Assembly: GCF_032444005.1 (NCBI RefSeq)
Contig: NC_091284.1
Coordinates: forward strand, 621,488,001-621,552,000
DNA from: Ranitomeya imitator
Lineage: Eukaryota
DNA: 64,000 bases
Direction: 5' to 3'
The position numbers were made by a program, and so were the translations under genes. Each line of letters opens with the position of its first letter. The stretch's first letter is position 1. The notes beneath the pieces are model-generated. The model was not told the DNA's origin, did not search any database, and was given only the letters and a program-made list of their open reading frames with translations. Positions 13,231 through 26,653 of the stretch are shown one piece after another.

Positions 13231-13643
13231 AATACAAATTCTAACAGACTATTCAGTAGGACTATGAGCTGTGTATCCACCAGACTTCTGCTCAACACAA
13301 CTTATGGTCCCAACCCCATTTCAAAGTGAAAAAAGCCCAATTATTAAACCTGACAGGGCACACCTGTGAAGTGAAAACCAATTCCGATGACTACCTCTTG
13401 AAGCTCATCAACAGAATGCCAAGAGTGTGCAACGCAGTCATCAAAGCAAAAGGTGGCTACTTTGAAGAACCTAGAATATAAAACATATTTTCAGTTGTTT
13501 CACACATTTTTGTTAAATATAGAATTCCACATGTGTTAATTCAAAGTTTTGATGTTTTCAGTGTGAATTTACAATTTTCTTAGTCACGACAATAAAGAAA
13601 AATCTTTAAATGAGATGGTGTGTCCAAACTTTTGGTCTGTACT

Positions 13644-13649
13644 ATATGT

Positions 13650-13692
<43 letters not shown>
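13644..13692. repeat. (TA)n microsatellite abutting the Tc1 end
   Basis: Direct reading. Confidence 0.9.
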
Positions 13693-13695
<3 letters not shown>

Positions 13696-14074
13696 CACAG
13701 GCTAAATTTCAAGGGTGTACTTATATATACACTCTGCTGCATACAAAAAGATACAAAACCTATCTCTGGAAGGAGAAATGTGCAGGGAGTTGGGAGAGCT
13801 GTGTCTGCAGACATATGCACAGAAGCAGTGAGTGAGCTCTGCTGAATAGAGGCCCAACCACTCACAAAGCATGAAAGTCACATAACTGTACTGTGAAATC
13901 AGATGCCAGAGCCAGGAACTCAGAATATCTAACAAAACATCATAGGAAATCAAAGGATTCTCAGCCAGAGGTCATGTGAACAGGACTGCAGTTCATATAA
14001 CAGAAGGATCAAGGAAAGCAAGGTATGTCCCAAAGAGTTTATCTACAGCAGTTAGTTCACATGAAAGGGACTTA

Positions 14075-14479
14075 GGCCTCTTTCAGACATCCGTCGGTAT
14101 GGGTCTGTCGCAATGCGTCGGGCCAACGTACCGACGGATGTTGTAAAATTTGTGCACGACGTGGGCAGCGGATGCAGTTTTTCGATGCATCCGCTGCCCA
14201 TTCTGCAGTACGGGGAGGATGGGAGGAGTTTCGGCCACGCATGCACGGTAGAAAACGGTGGACGCGATGGACAAAAAAGTTACATTGAACGTTTTTTTTT
14301 GTGATGACGGTCCGCCAAAACTGGACGGATCCGTCGCACATGTGGCCATTGGTCGTGATCCATCGCTAATACAAGTCTGTGGGCAAAAACGCATCCTTCG
14401 AGCACATTTGCAGGATCTGTTTTTTGCCCAAAACAACGGATTGGGACGGATGCCAAATGACAGAAGTGTGAAAGAGGCC
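14075..14479. mobile_element. PIF/Harbinger-like palindromic MITE
   Basis: TTA|GGCCTCTTTCA...TGAAAGAGGCC|TTA; 3-bp TWA TSD. Confidence 0.75.
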
Positions 14480-14539
14480 TTATAAAGCAATGGCCAACCC
14501 CTTTAATGCACAACTCTTTCTATGTCTTTTATTTTTACA

Positions 14540-15932
14540 CTAGATGGTAGCCTGATTCTAACACATCGGGTATTCTAGAATATGTATGTAGTTTATTTAT
14601 GAAGATTTTAGAATAATACATTGAATACACAGGATTCGGCTGGCCGCGACCAATTAGCGAAGCATGCTTCAAATCCCACTCCACACCGGACTGCGCCTGT
14701 TGCTGATTGTTCACGGCTGGCCACGTAGTATGTAGCACAGCCACGTAGTATATAACAGCCCACGTAGTATATTGCACAGACACTTAGTATATTGCACAGC
14801 CCACATAGTATATTGCACAGCCCACGTAGTATATTGCACAGGCCACATAGTATATTGCACAGCCCACACAGTATATTGCACAGCCTATTGCACAGCCCAC
14901 GTAGTATATTGCACAGCCCACATAGAATATTGCACAGCCCGCATAGTATATTGCACAGCCCACATAGTATATCGCCCAGCCCACGTAGTATATTTCCCAG
15001 CCCACGTAGTATATTGCACAGCCCACGTAGTATATTACCCAGCCCACGTAGTATATTGCACAGCCCACGCAGTATATTGCACAGCCTATTGCACAGCCCA
15101 CGTAGTATATTGCACAACCCACATAGTATATTGCACAGCCCACGTAGTATATTGCACAGCACACGTAGTATAGTGCCCAGCCCATGTAGTATATTGCACA
15201 GCCCATGTAGTATATTGCACAGCCCATGTAGTATATTGCACAGCCCACGCAGAATATAGCAATGTGGGCATCATATCCCTGTTAAAAAAAAGAAATAAAA
15301 TAAAAAATCGTTATATACTCACATTCCGTTGGCCCCCGGATCATGGTGAAGCGGTTACCAATGTTCCTCGCATGCTCCAGTCAGATGAGTGCATTGCGGT
15401 CTCGCGAGATGATGACGTTGCGGTCTCGCGAGACCGCTACATCATCATCTCGTGAGATCGCAATGCATGGGGCGGTCACCGGAATGTCGCGAGGAGCGGG
15501 AAAGGCCTGTTCTGGATCCGAGGCGCCGACGGACGGTGAGTATATAACGATTTTTGATTTTTTAAATTATTTTTAACATTATATCTTTTTACTATTGATG
15601 CTGCATAGGCAGCATCAGTAGTAAAATGTTGGTCACACAGGGTTAATAGCAGCATTAACGGAGTGCGTAACACCGCGGGATAACGCGGTCCGTTAGCGCT
15701 GCCATTAACCCTGGGTGAGCGCTGACTGGAGGGGATTATGGAGCGGACACTGACTGCAGGGAGGAAGTAGCGGCCATTTTGCCGCCGGACTATGCCCGTC
15801 GCTGATTGGTCGTGGCTGTTTTGCCGTGACCACTCAGCGACTTGGATTTCCATGACAGACAGAGGCCGCGACCAATGAATATCTGTGACAGACAGAAAGA
15901 CGGAAGTGACCCTTAGACAATTATATAGTAGA
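14540..15932 (-). mobile_element. Non-autonomous Helitron, family A
   Basis: Minus strand A|TCTACTATATAA...CCCGATGTGTTAGAATCAGG (hairpin)...CTAG|T; no TSD, A/T insertion site. Confidence 0.8.
14720..15255. repeat. 21-bp minisatellite (GCCCACGTAGTATATTGCACA) inside the Helitron
   Basis: About two dozen tandem units read directly. Confidence 0.95.
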
Positions 15933-16307
15933 TGTCAGTGTTTCCATGTGAAATAAGTATGCTCAGAGTTGTTGTGGAATGGTGCAACATGGGACTGTAA
16001 ATATGTAATTCTCCATCTGATACCTAACATATAGAATTCTGAGGTTCAACAATGGTGAGACACTTTATGATATCAATAGTTCGAGCACCAAGAAAACTTG
16101 TCCCACCCTGATATCTACTTCTCTCTTAAGTCATTTGTAGAGGATGCTCCTAGACTAATTTACAGAATAAATACTAAATAGTTAATTGCTGTTAACCCAA
16201 CTGCTAGGACCACCATCAAACTTAGCTTTGTTCCTGAAGACCACAGTGAGAAGGAAATTGTATGAAATATGAAGAAAAGCAGGAGACTTGGTTTTCTGTC
16301 CATTTAA

Positions 16308-16342
16308 AGGGAACCTGTCTGAATTCAGGTGACAGGTTCCCT
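16308..16342. mobile_element. 35-bp Kolobok/T2-type micro-MITE
   Basis: TTAA|AGGGAACCTGTC-TGAATTCAGGT-GACAGGTTCCCT|TTAA. Confidence 0.75.
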
Positions 16343-17960
16343 TTAACATACACACTCAATAGATTTTATTGCAAAAAATGCAGGTCTGAATATTTCTTCC
16401 TCTGCTATTGCCAGAAATATAATGTAAAATATAAATAAATAGTGGAATAGTAAAAAAAATAAGTTGGGTCTTTGCTTTGACACTTTTATGCCAGTTAATC
16501 CTTTAAATCTATGGTGTTAATTAGCTCACATTAGGCAAGGTGTTTTATTTTCTGGGTAGTTATTCATCTATGAAAGTGGACGTTTATATCATTGCCTAGG
16601 ATAAGTTATGCTCTCTGGAGTTCAGAATCTCTGATGCATTAAACAAGTGTAATTTCATCGCATACATGCGTAGACAACATACATAAATAGTTTTCAATGC
16701 AGCTTGCCTCCAATCCATAAAATTATACTGTCCTCTTCTCTCGCATTCATTTCCATGAAGACGCTTGTCAGATGAACTTTATGCCGAATGCATTCAAATT
16801 TCATAGCTCTACCTCTGGCCTAATTTTCACTGGGGAATGTAGTGTGACTTTCACAATCAAGTTGGCAGAGATTCTTAATGAGTGAAAGGGAATACTTCAA
16901 CCCGAACAATGATGCTTTTGTGGGGTAAAAAGGAAAAGATGCAAGTGAACACAATTAGGTTTCGACCACTGCTCTGAATAACTTAATTCAGCTCTGTCTC
17001 CCTTCTATGAATAATCTCATGATTGGCATCTTGCTGGATATAAGGAAGATGATCTGCTCTTTAGTTTTACTAGAAATAAGGATCCTGCTATTTTATGAAG
17101 CGAGAATATTAAGTGACTCTTCTCCTTAAATGCTCCCAAGTATCAACTTGTTTTTCCCTTTTAAATTAATAATAATTTTTAATTTGATCTAAAAAATATA
17201 TAAACATTGCTAAAAATTATCACAGTTGAAGAATTCCCCAAGATGCAATATTAATAATGTGTTGGCACATAATGTTTGCTACAGTGGTTTGATGCCTTAA
17301 TTCTATTTCCTTGGTGTATACATGCTATATTTGCTTGGGGGAGATCTTTTGTATTGGCTCAACAGAGCATTCACCCTGTTTTCTGGGTTTTGAATTAATT
17401 TATCTCACACAGCTGCCATCACTGTGATACTTCCCAGCTTAGTGGCTTACATAGTGTAACACAAAATAATAAAAATGCATTTTCCATTGCATTGCCATAC
17501 AGTATAGCTTTATATGAAAGGCTAGGTCGACGCAATTTTCTTTGTTCCATTTATTTGTCATCTTTCCAGCCTGTTGCATGGTTGTCAGCAGAGCAATCAT
17601 TCAAAATTCTGAAATGTGGCAATTGGCTGAGAAAAGAGCATTTCAGAGAAGCAGCAGTTTGTCTATTGACAGAGGTCCAGAACATCAGATGAAATGACAT
17701 TGATAGACAAAGACAAGGTCATTTCATCTAAGCAGACCTAGAAAAGATGGTCAGTCTAGCAGGTAGGAAAGCAATATATATTAGCGAAGCGTTATTAAAT
17801 GCTGGGTAAGTAGGCACTGTATGCATGTAGGACACAACTATATAGCTTTTAAAGGATCTAAAATAAACTCTTCAATAAAAAAGATTGCACTATTTTGTAC
17901 CTTCAGAAATAACTGTGAAAGACCCAAAATCCACCACACTCACCCCATGTTACTTCACAT

Positions 17961-18724
17961 TAGAGATGAGCAAATATAATAGAGTAGAATTGAATTCTAC
18001 TTGAACGATAAAAAAATTTTCCTTTGCCAATATGTGGATTTTTGCTAGCAAATTTAGCAAAATGGCGGCCACTGTTTGACATTTTTCTGTGCTGTAAAAG
18101 GCCATCGTAATGTTGAAAACATTTAAAAAATCCATATATTCATCTCTCTCACCCCGTTAAAAACATTTTAAAAATCGATATATTCATCTCTCTGACCCTT
18201 TTGGTTTAGCCATCCAGTCCTCACCACATCTTCAGATCGCCTCTTGTGATGAAATCCTCAAGTCTGTCATGCTGTGCCCGGACTTTTAGCTTTTAGGAGG
18301 CTCAGGAGCTTTCTGTTCATGTTTGTAAGCCTATAGCGTAGGCTGTAACATAATGACAACGCAACCTTTTGCATGCTTCCGGAGAATCCTCCAATGAAAA
18401 TCTGTAGAACTTTGGTGGTCAAACATAACTTTCGCTCTTTGGGTGATGTCATGGGTAGGAATGAACAAAACCCATGGAAGTTTGGGTTCTTGTACCCAAC
18501 ACAAACTTTATTCCAAAGTTTGATTCGGGTACCAAAACTGTGCCCGAAATTGAACCAGAACCCAAACCCCATTTAAAACAATGGTGACTCAAACTTTTCT
18601 TCTGGAAAATATATTCTCTCCCACCCAGAACTCCGAACATTGCAACAGACTTGCGAGAGAAGTCCGTGTTCAGAGTTTAGCACTGGACACAAACTGTCTG
18701 GTACGAACCCTGAGCTCATCTCTA
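17961..18724. mobile_element. Old hAT-like element(s)
   Basis: Perfect 11-bp inverted ends TAGAGATGAGC / GCTCATCTCTA, but the 8-bp flanks do not match (CTTCACAT vs GTCATGGG). Confidence 0.45.
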
Positions 18725-21504
18725 GTCATGGGTACAACTGCTATGTCCGAGAGATCAGTGTGCAATACGTGCATGGATGTTAGTGTTAAAGGTGTCAATT
18801 AGGATTAAAAAAATAAACCTGATTGCTTTTTTTTTTTACCATAAAACATCCATTCAAGAATTGCCATACCGAAAATAACCCATGGACCAGTGTTGCACCA
18901 TTTTTGGGAGAAAGTACCAATAATTTTCTCCATCTTCTAAAATTCAGAATTTGTTTTTTTTTTTTCATTTGAAAAAGACACCGGTATGGTGTTGAAGCGT
19001 GTTGTGAATAAAAAACCTTTTTCTCATCATCATTTCTGAAGAATTGGTTTTCTCCAATAGCACATCACTCCTATATGTTCATCCGTCTGGATCCAGTATC
19101 TCCTGGAGGATTTATCCATCAGCCACAGGGCAGCAGCAGGTATTTTTCTTTGTGCCTACTTATGAGTTGTGCCTGTCATAATACCACTAGGTGAGCATAA
19201 CCAACACTCTCTTACTCCCACTTCTACATTTACATAGGAAATTCAGATTGACTGATCCCATCTCCCTGACATTTGCCATTCATTTACCAAATGAATGCTG
19301 TTCGGACCAATAAAACATATTAGATGGTTAGTTGGTTCCACACTGTTGGCTGATGTTAGGCTAAAGTGTATGCCATACTTATTTCAGAAAAGCTGCTTAA
19401 GGTCTTATTCAGACTGGTGATTTTTCATGAAAAAAATTCTCTGAGTGTCATCAGTTTTTTTTCAACTGACTATTAGCAGTGTTAGGTCAGTGTCAGTTTT
19501 TACCATAAAAGTTTCATCAGTGATACATTGATTTTCTCATATGGAAGAATAAATAAAAATGTACAATTTTCTCCTACACATTACAGTGTTAATAGCAGCA
19601 CAGAACACAGATTGTACACTGATGTCATTTGTGACTCTTAATAAAAAATGGACATGTTTCCGTGATTTTTTTGCTGACACCAGGTCCAAAAAAACATGGA
19701 TATGTGAACAGCTCTATAAACTATACTGAGTTTGAGCTTTTTCAGTCTGCCTCTTCTAAGAGAGTTGAGAAGAGGTTTCTTGTCTTGTCAAGATTTCTCC
19801 CCTTCTGTGGTATGGTGTACTGTTGTGTTACCCATACCTTTATTTTGAGGACCATTTATTATGAGGTCTTTAATGCATGACTGTTTATTCAGCATCAAAA
19901 GGGTGTTGTGGCTTTCGATTCTTCTGCCTCATCTGACATCAGGCCAGGATTGCTGACCATCAAGAAATTCTAGGACAGTTCATTAAAATAAGGCACCTTT
20001 TGCCCTGCCTGTTAAAAACATTCAAGGTGTCTGTGATTTTTGAAGCTGAAGAAACTCGTATAAATTATTTTGACTGTAATTACCATTATTTTACAGTTCC
20101 CAGTGAATGCAGCTGAAGGTTTCATATCAGAATTTTGGGCTGTAGACAAGAATCACTTATAATCATGACTTATTATGGTTTTAAAATATGTCCATATAAA
20201 ATATTGTCTCTCCATGATTTTTTGATAAGCTGTCCAGGAAAAATAAAAAGTCAAGTTGGCAACCCGGGATCAAGCATAGCGAGATGCTACTGCTCATGGC
20301 TTAGAACAATTGGCAAAGCATCCATTGGATGCCTGTGGGTCCTATTAAATAAAATAGGACAATACTTGCCAGGTGTCCTTCCAGGTGTGTAGTAGCTTCC
20401 TTTCATGCCCGATGTGAGACAGAAATGAAAGAGATGTGTCCGCAGAACCCAATTAAACTACAAATTAAACTTTTGGTCTTTGTGCACATCTCGCCATACA
20501 ATAGATGCTGTACATTACAACCTTGTTAGTTGCTGTGTTATTTTCTCTGTGAAACATCCATTCTTTTTACATCTTTCTTAGAACTTTCTCAACCTGATTC
20601 GGATACACTGTGCTGTCAATCAAAGTAAAGTACTGAAAGCTACCTGGGACTTTTTTGTAGGTTACTTCTTGCCATTATCATTCCTAACAATATATTTAGG
20701 AGCATTTCTTTGTGATCCAATGTTTTCATACAGGATCTCTCTTGCAGAACATTGTTTTGAAAAGGTAGAGGAACTGTCAATAGCTCGACCATTACATTGT
20801 TAGATAATGCATTAGCTCCGCCATCACCTCCAGTGCTGCTAATTACGGGCTCAGAAGCACACAGTCTCTGCCTAATGTGGGGAAAAGTGAAAATACGGTT
20901 TCATTCTGAGACTAAGAATCTGATGTTAAGACTACAGTCATTGGAAAATAATCTGTTTCTCTGTATTGACTGGAAAAATGAAGAAAAAGGAACCATTACA
21001 GCACAGTCTTCAATTTAAATACAATGATGGCCATCGCCCAGTGACACGATGCTAACGGCGAGAAGACCCAAGAGCAGAGGCAGAAAGCTGATAGACCGTC
21101 AGTAAGAGGCTGACCTCCACATGTGACAGTAAGATTATGGTCCTTCACATGTGACAGAGTACGGGCCGTGAAATGAATATGTGATGGTTTTTCAACAATA
21201 CCCATGGCAACCTCTGATTTCAAGATTGATAGTATCACAGTGAAATGCTGTAAGTGTATCGTGTGCTTTATCTGAAAAGTGAAGTGATCTGTCTGTCTAA
21301 CAATCTGATGCCTCCAGGATATTAAGGCAATATTGTAGTGGCCTTAAAAAAATATTTGGGAATAGCTAATGCAACGATTGGTCATATTTTTAGTGTATAC
21401 TATGTATTCTTTTCTCTATCTGTTTAGTAGTAAAAAACCTTTCTGACAAATCTAGAAATTTAATTTACTTGCCTATTCTTATCAGGAAAAATCTATAATT
21501 GGCA

Positions 21505-23110
21505 TCTATAATATAACGCTGGGAGCGTCACTCTGTCCGAAGCCTTTATAGACTGCGCAAGCGCAAGCGCCGGCGCAGTCTGGCCCCCACAGAGTGACGC
21601 TCCCAGGAGATCGCGGTATGCGTAAACACTGAACGCACACCGTGATCTCCACCGGAGAGGCAGGGACCGTGGACGCGCCAGGAGGGTAAGTATATTCACC
21701 TGTCCCTCGTTCCAGCGCTGCGTGTGGCTCCATCTCCCGGGTCCTCTGCTGTGACGTTCACAGTTCAGAGGGCGCGATGACGCGCTTAATGCGCGCCGGC
21801 GCCGGAACGGGACAGACAGGTGAGTATAGCAAGTGCTGGGGGCCTGAGCTAGCGGTGATACCGGCACCTGACCCCCACACCGCGCCAGTGTCCCCGCCTG
21901 CTCAGGCCCCCAGCACTCGGCGCCCAGCGACCATAGGTGAGTATGGTATTTTTTTTTTTATATATGGCAGCAGCATATGGGGCATACACTATGGAGCATC
22001 TTATGGGGGGCATATAATACAATGGAGTATCTTATGGGGGGCATATAATACAATGGAGCATCTTATGGGGGGCATATAATACAATGGAGCATCTTATGGG
22101 GGGCATACAATACAATGGAGCATCTTATGGGGGGCATACAATACAATGGAGCATCTTATGGGGCCATCAACCATAATGGAGCAGTCTACGGGGGCATATA
22201 TTATGGAGCATCTTATGGGGGCCATAAACCTTTATGGAGTAGTGTACGGGGGCATACACACTGGAGCATCTTATGGGGGCCATACATCTTTATGGAGCAG
22301 TGTACGGGGCATACACACTGGAGCGTTTTATGGGGGCCATAAACCTTTATGGAGCAGTGTACGGGGGCATACACACTGGAGCGTCTTATGGGGGCCATAA
22401 ACCTTTATGGAGCAGTGTACGGAGGCATACACTATGGAGCATCTTATGGGGGCCATCAACCTTTATGGAGCAGTGTACGGGGGCATACACTATGGAGCAT
22501 CTTATGGGGGCCATAAACCATAATGGAGCAGTGTACGGGGCATATACTATGGAGCATCTTATGGGGGCCATCAACCATAATGGAGCAGCTTATGGGGCAT
22601 ATGGATGGGAGAAGCAAATTAAAGAATGGTGGCGCAGGATGGGAGCAGCACATGACAGAATAGGGCAGCACATGACAGAACGGGGGTGCAGGATGGAAGC
22701 AGCACATGACAGAACGGGCGCAGGATGGAAGCAGCACATGACAGAACAGGGGCACAGGATGGGAGCAGCACATGACAGAACGGCGGCACAGGATGGGAGC
22801 AGCACATGACAGGATGGGGGCGCAGGATGGGAGCAGCACATGACAGGATGGGGGCGCAGGATGGGTGCAGCACATGACAAGATGGGGACCCAGGATGGAG
22901 CAGCACATGTCAGAATGGGGGTGCAGGATTGGAGCAGCACATGTCAGAATGGGGGTGCAGGATGGGTGCAGCACATGACAGGATGGGGACGCAGGATGGA
23001 TCAGCTCATGACAGGATGGGGACGCAGGATGGAGCAGCACATACCAGGATGGAGACCATATACCAATATAGATGCTCGCCACCCGGGCGTAGAACGGGTT
23101 CAATAGCTAG
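21505..23110 (+). mobile_element. Non-autonomous Helitron, family B, copy 1
   Basis: A|TCTATAATATAA...ACCCGGGCGTAGAACGGGT (hairpin) TCAATAGCTAG|T; second copy at 58754-60490. Confidence 0.85.
21975..23050. repeat. Two adjacent minisatellite arrays in the Helitron (TATGGAGCATCTTATGGGGG-type, then ~32-bp CAGGATGGGAGCAGCACATGACAGAA-type)
   Basis: Direct reading; the switch between arrays is near 22600. Confidence 0.9.
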
Positions 23111-23228
23111 TAATATATAATAATACAAGAGTGTTACATTGCTAAATGATCTTAGATCTGATGTGGCTGTGCACTTACTTTGAAAATCCAAGTCGGTACA
23201 TAAAAAATTATAAATGTACAATATATTT

Positions 23229-23933
23229 NNNNNNNNNNNNNNNNNNNNNNNNNNNNNNNNNNNNNNNNNNNNNNNNNNNNNNNNNNNNNNNNNNNNNNNN
23301 NNNNNNNNNNNNNNNNNNNNNNNNNNNNNNNNNNNNNNNNNNNNNNNNNNNNNNNNNNNNNNNNNNNTCTCATNNNNNNNNNNNNNNNNNNNNNNNNNNN
23401 NNNNNNNNNNNNNNNNNNNNNNNNNNNNNNNNNNNNNNNNNNNNNNNNNNNNNNNNNNNNNNNNNNNNNNNNNNNNNNNNNNNNNNNNNNNNNNNNNNNN
23501 NNNNNNNNNNNNNNNNNNNNNNNNNNNNNNNNNNNNNNNNNNNNNNNNNNNNNNNNNNNNNNNNNNNNNNNNNNNNNNNNNNNNNNNNNNNNNNNNNNNN
23601 NNNNNNNNNNNNNNNNNNNNNNNNNNNNNNNNNNNNNNNNNNNNNNNNNNNNNNNNNNNNNNNNNNNNNNNNNNNNNNNNNNNNNNNNNNNNNNNNNNNN
23701 NNNNNNNNNNNNNNNNNNNNNNNNNNNNNNNNNNNNNNNNNNNNNNNNNNNNNNNNNNNNNNNNNNNNNNNNNNNNNNNNNNNNNNNNNNNNNNNNNNNN
23801 NNNNNNNNNNNNNNNNNNNNNNNNNNNNNNNNNNNNNNNNNNNNNNNNNNNNNNNNNNNNNNNNNNNNNNNNNNNNNNNNNNNNNNNNNNNNNNNNNNNN
23901 NNNNNNNNNNNNNNNNNNNNNNNNNNNNNNNNN
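23229..23933. other. Assembly gap (N run with a 6-base island)
   Basis: Direct reading. Confidence 1.
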
Positions 23934-24002
23934 TCCAATTATGCTACTCACACTCTGATCAGAGTTTGATCAGAGTATGATCATAGTGTGATCTGATTTT
24001 CC

Positions 24003-24330
24003 TGTTGTATGTATGTATGTTGTATGTATGTAGTATGTTGTATGTCTGTATGTAGTATGTATGTAGTATATCGTATGTTGTATGTATGTATTATGTATGC
24101 AGTATGTTGTATGTAGTATGTATGTAGTATGTATGCTGTATGTATGTGGTATGTGTGTTGTATGTATGTAGTATTTTGTATGTATTATTTTGTATGTATG
24201 TTGTATGTATGTAGCATATATGTAGTATGTTGCATGTATGTATGTAGTATGTATGTAGTATATAGTGTGTTGTATGTATGTAGTATGTATTTATAATGTT
24301 GTATGTATGTATGTATGTAGTGTGTATGTA
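24003..24330. repeat. Degenerate (TATG)n/(TAG)-type simple repeat
   Basis: Direct reading. Confidence 0.9.
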
Positions 24331-24482
24331 CCTTCTCTCACTTGAATTATTTTGAAATCCTGCCTTTCCTCCAGGATAATTTATCTATCTACCCATCTAA
24401 AGAAAAAATAGGTGCAGCACCAGCAAAAGCAGAAAGAAATGGTGGGTGCAAAGTCTCCCAGACAAAATCAAACTTCAATTAG

Positions 24483-24683
24483 ATCCAAAGAAATAAATGC
24501 AGCACTCCAAAGTCCAAAAAATGTAAGAATTATTTATTGGCCCATGGTAAAAATTGGGACGTTTTGTTCCAAGTGACTAGAGAAAGGTCATCACTTGAAA
24601 TGAAATGTCGCCATTTTTACCATGGGCCAATAAATAATTCTTATATTTTTGGGACTTTGGAGTGCTGCATCTACATTTTGGAT
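24483..24683. repeat. Imperfect fold-back inverted repeat (~95-bp arms)
   Basis: TGCAGCACTCCAAAGTCC..TTATTTATTGGCCCATGGTAAAAAT mirrored by ATTTTTACCATGGGCCAATAAATAA..GGACTTTGGAGTGCTGCA. Confidence 0.9.
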
Positions 24684-25149
24684 TGGTCTATCTGTGAAAC
24701 AAAAACACAGCACCGTACAAATGCAAAGAGGGGTGCAAGCCTCTTGGTATGAACTCAATATGCTACCTCTACAAAGAAAAAATGGCAGCACTCCAAACAA
24801 ATGTCAGTGAAGACCAGTAACTCAGATAAAAAAGGAATACTCACCACTTAGACCAATGCAGTTCTAGCAATGTCACCCTGTGTGCGCCGTATGCCATTAT
24901 TATGTCACATGACTATTAAAGCCTATAAGTGGCCGCTGATGACCTGCTGCCTTCACAGATCCGTGAGGCGGAACAGTTCCATGTGACAGTAGTATAACAG
25001 CTGCAGCGTGTCAGAGGCCAGTAATTGGCTACAGTGGTCACATGATATGACAATATCTTTTGACCACTGCGAGAGATTATTGGAATTGTGCCAATCTGCC
25101 GGAGGAGTATGTGTTTTTTTTATTTTATCAAGGATATTTTAGTAATTAA

Positions 25150-25530
25150 AGGTGTTGTCCAAGTTTGGCATGAAAATATACAGTCACTGTATGTCCCCAC
25201 ATCACTCATACCGCGCTGTTAGGATTCTCCCATGTCGGCACTGGGAGTGGGTAGACATGTGACTGCAAGTATGCGAAATGCATATTCCTGGCCGCATCAC
25301 TACTAGATGTGCATGGCCTTGCTCAATGCAAGCAAATTGTTTGAGGCTGCACACATCCAGTCTGCATGTGGCCGAGAGTATGCATTTTGCATACGTGCTA
25401 TCACGTTTCTGCCCGATCTTGCCGCTGGTAACGGAGAATCCTGAAAGTATGTATGATGCAGGGATTCACAAGTCTGCAGTCAACAAAGCGTAACTGCAGA
25501 CTTTTGTGGCAAACCTAGATAAATCTTTTA
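25150..25530. mobile_element. Decayed Kolobok/T2-like MITE
   Basis: TTAA|AGGTGTTGTCC left end; right end degenerate. Confidence 0.4.
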
Positions 25531-26653
25531 GGAAGACATTGTCCAGTAATAGACAACCCCATATTGCTCTATTTGTATGACATGTACACATATTTCTTGT
25601 GTAGCTGTTATTAATACGGTAATTATTGGCTGATTCACCCCAGCACTATTATTGTACTGCAGGAGGGTATTAGAGCCCCCTATAAGTAATGTTGTGGCCT
25701 CATCGAGATACAATACATGGGTAGCAGCATTGTACTCATGTTTCTGGGACTAGCTTGGAAATTGTGCTTTTATATTTGCTATTTATAGGAAGCAATTTGA
25801 GAATTACAATGCTTCTTCCATCCACAGTCAAACCATAACCCGTAATAAAATCCATCAATACCAGATCTGTATAGCCAGGTGCTTTTGCAAGATTTGATAT
25901 TCGCCATGGCTATAGTAAGGTGAAGGATAATTGATAGCCTTTCACAACAGAGAAATTACCATTATTAGCTGTCTGTGATTGTAAACAGCTTGCCGCCGGC
26001 AGTCTACTAGGCCTTGATTCATATTTATAGTTTAGGAGAAGAATTATATATACAAAAAAGCTAAATGGGTTCGCTTTCTTCAATATCTAGCTCACCATTA
26101 TGAATCATTATGCTCTTTTCATTTTAACCTTAACCTCACCTCGGTTTGCACACATCAATGTATCAATTTTTAATTATTATCTGAGCATAAAATATGTATT
26201 ACATAAAGGTTTATGACAGACTTTGCTGCAAGATTCTGTACCATTGTCAGTATCAGCTAGGAAATGCGGGCTTAGAACTTGCAGTATTTTCCATTTGCTG
26301 TTTAGGAGACTGTTCCATTGTGATGATAGGTTTTATGCAAAATCCCCAAGATTCACTGCAATGTGATGATGCCTTAGTTTCACAGGTAGGTAGATCAAAT
26401 GTTGGCAAAACACTGAAGGGGCTGTCTGGGACTAAGCTATCCTACTATTCGAGTGAGCAGGAGATAAAGTGCAGTACTAGACAGTAGCCACTAAGCAATG
26501 TAGGGGGCTGTGTTCTACGCCATACATAGATCCCTTGTGATTCATCCTTCTGACGTATTCCCATTAAAGCAGCTCTCTACTTTTTACAATTCCTTTTTGA
26601 AAGGTCCCCTGTAAATAAGGGAATGGCAAGTTGTTTGCGCAGTAAGTGTTTAA

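Larger units (their letters stand above)
10824..13643 (-). mobile_element. Tc1-family transposon 2, interrupted by a piggyBac-like MITE and lacking the outer part of one TIR
   Basis: Right end GTGTCCAAACTTTTGGTCTGTACT; TIR sequence 10824-10863 continues at 12148 and mirrors 13440-13570. Confidence 0.88.

Noticed and set aside
14720-15255. CRISPR-like or iteron-like regular repeats (also 43241-43782)
   Set aside because: Head-to-tail units without unique spacers, no cas genes, eukaryotic context.
14608-15274. Long Cys/Tyr/His-rich ORFs in several frames (CAIYY..., LCNILRG...) resembling keratin-associated or metal-binding proteins
   Set aside because: Translations of a stop-free 21-bp minisatellite inside a Helitron; open in many frames on both strands.
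19061-19139. 79-nt segment with good acceptor and donor, open in all three frames
   Set aside because: Lies inside what appears to be the HHR-remnant repeat at 18969-19230; no recognisable peptide.
21777-23120. Repetitive ORFs (MEHLMG..., CCSHPAP...)
   Set aside because: Products of Helitron minisatellites; the same holds for 59033-60506.
23006-23969. ORFs of 190-310 aa
   Set aside because: Made almost entirely of N-gap X residues; likewise 6490-6823, 9101-9289 and 47708-48010.
25862-25909. Minus-strand 48-nt exon candidate (PWRISNLAKAPGYTDL)
   Set aside because: Plausible splice signals, but no recognisable protein and no partner exons; cannot be supported without RNA data.
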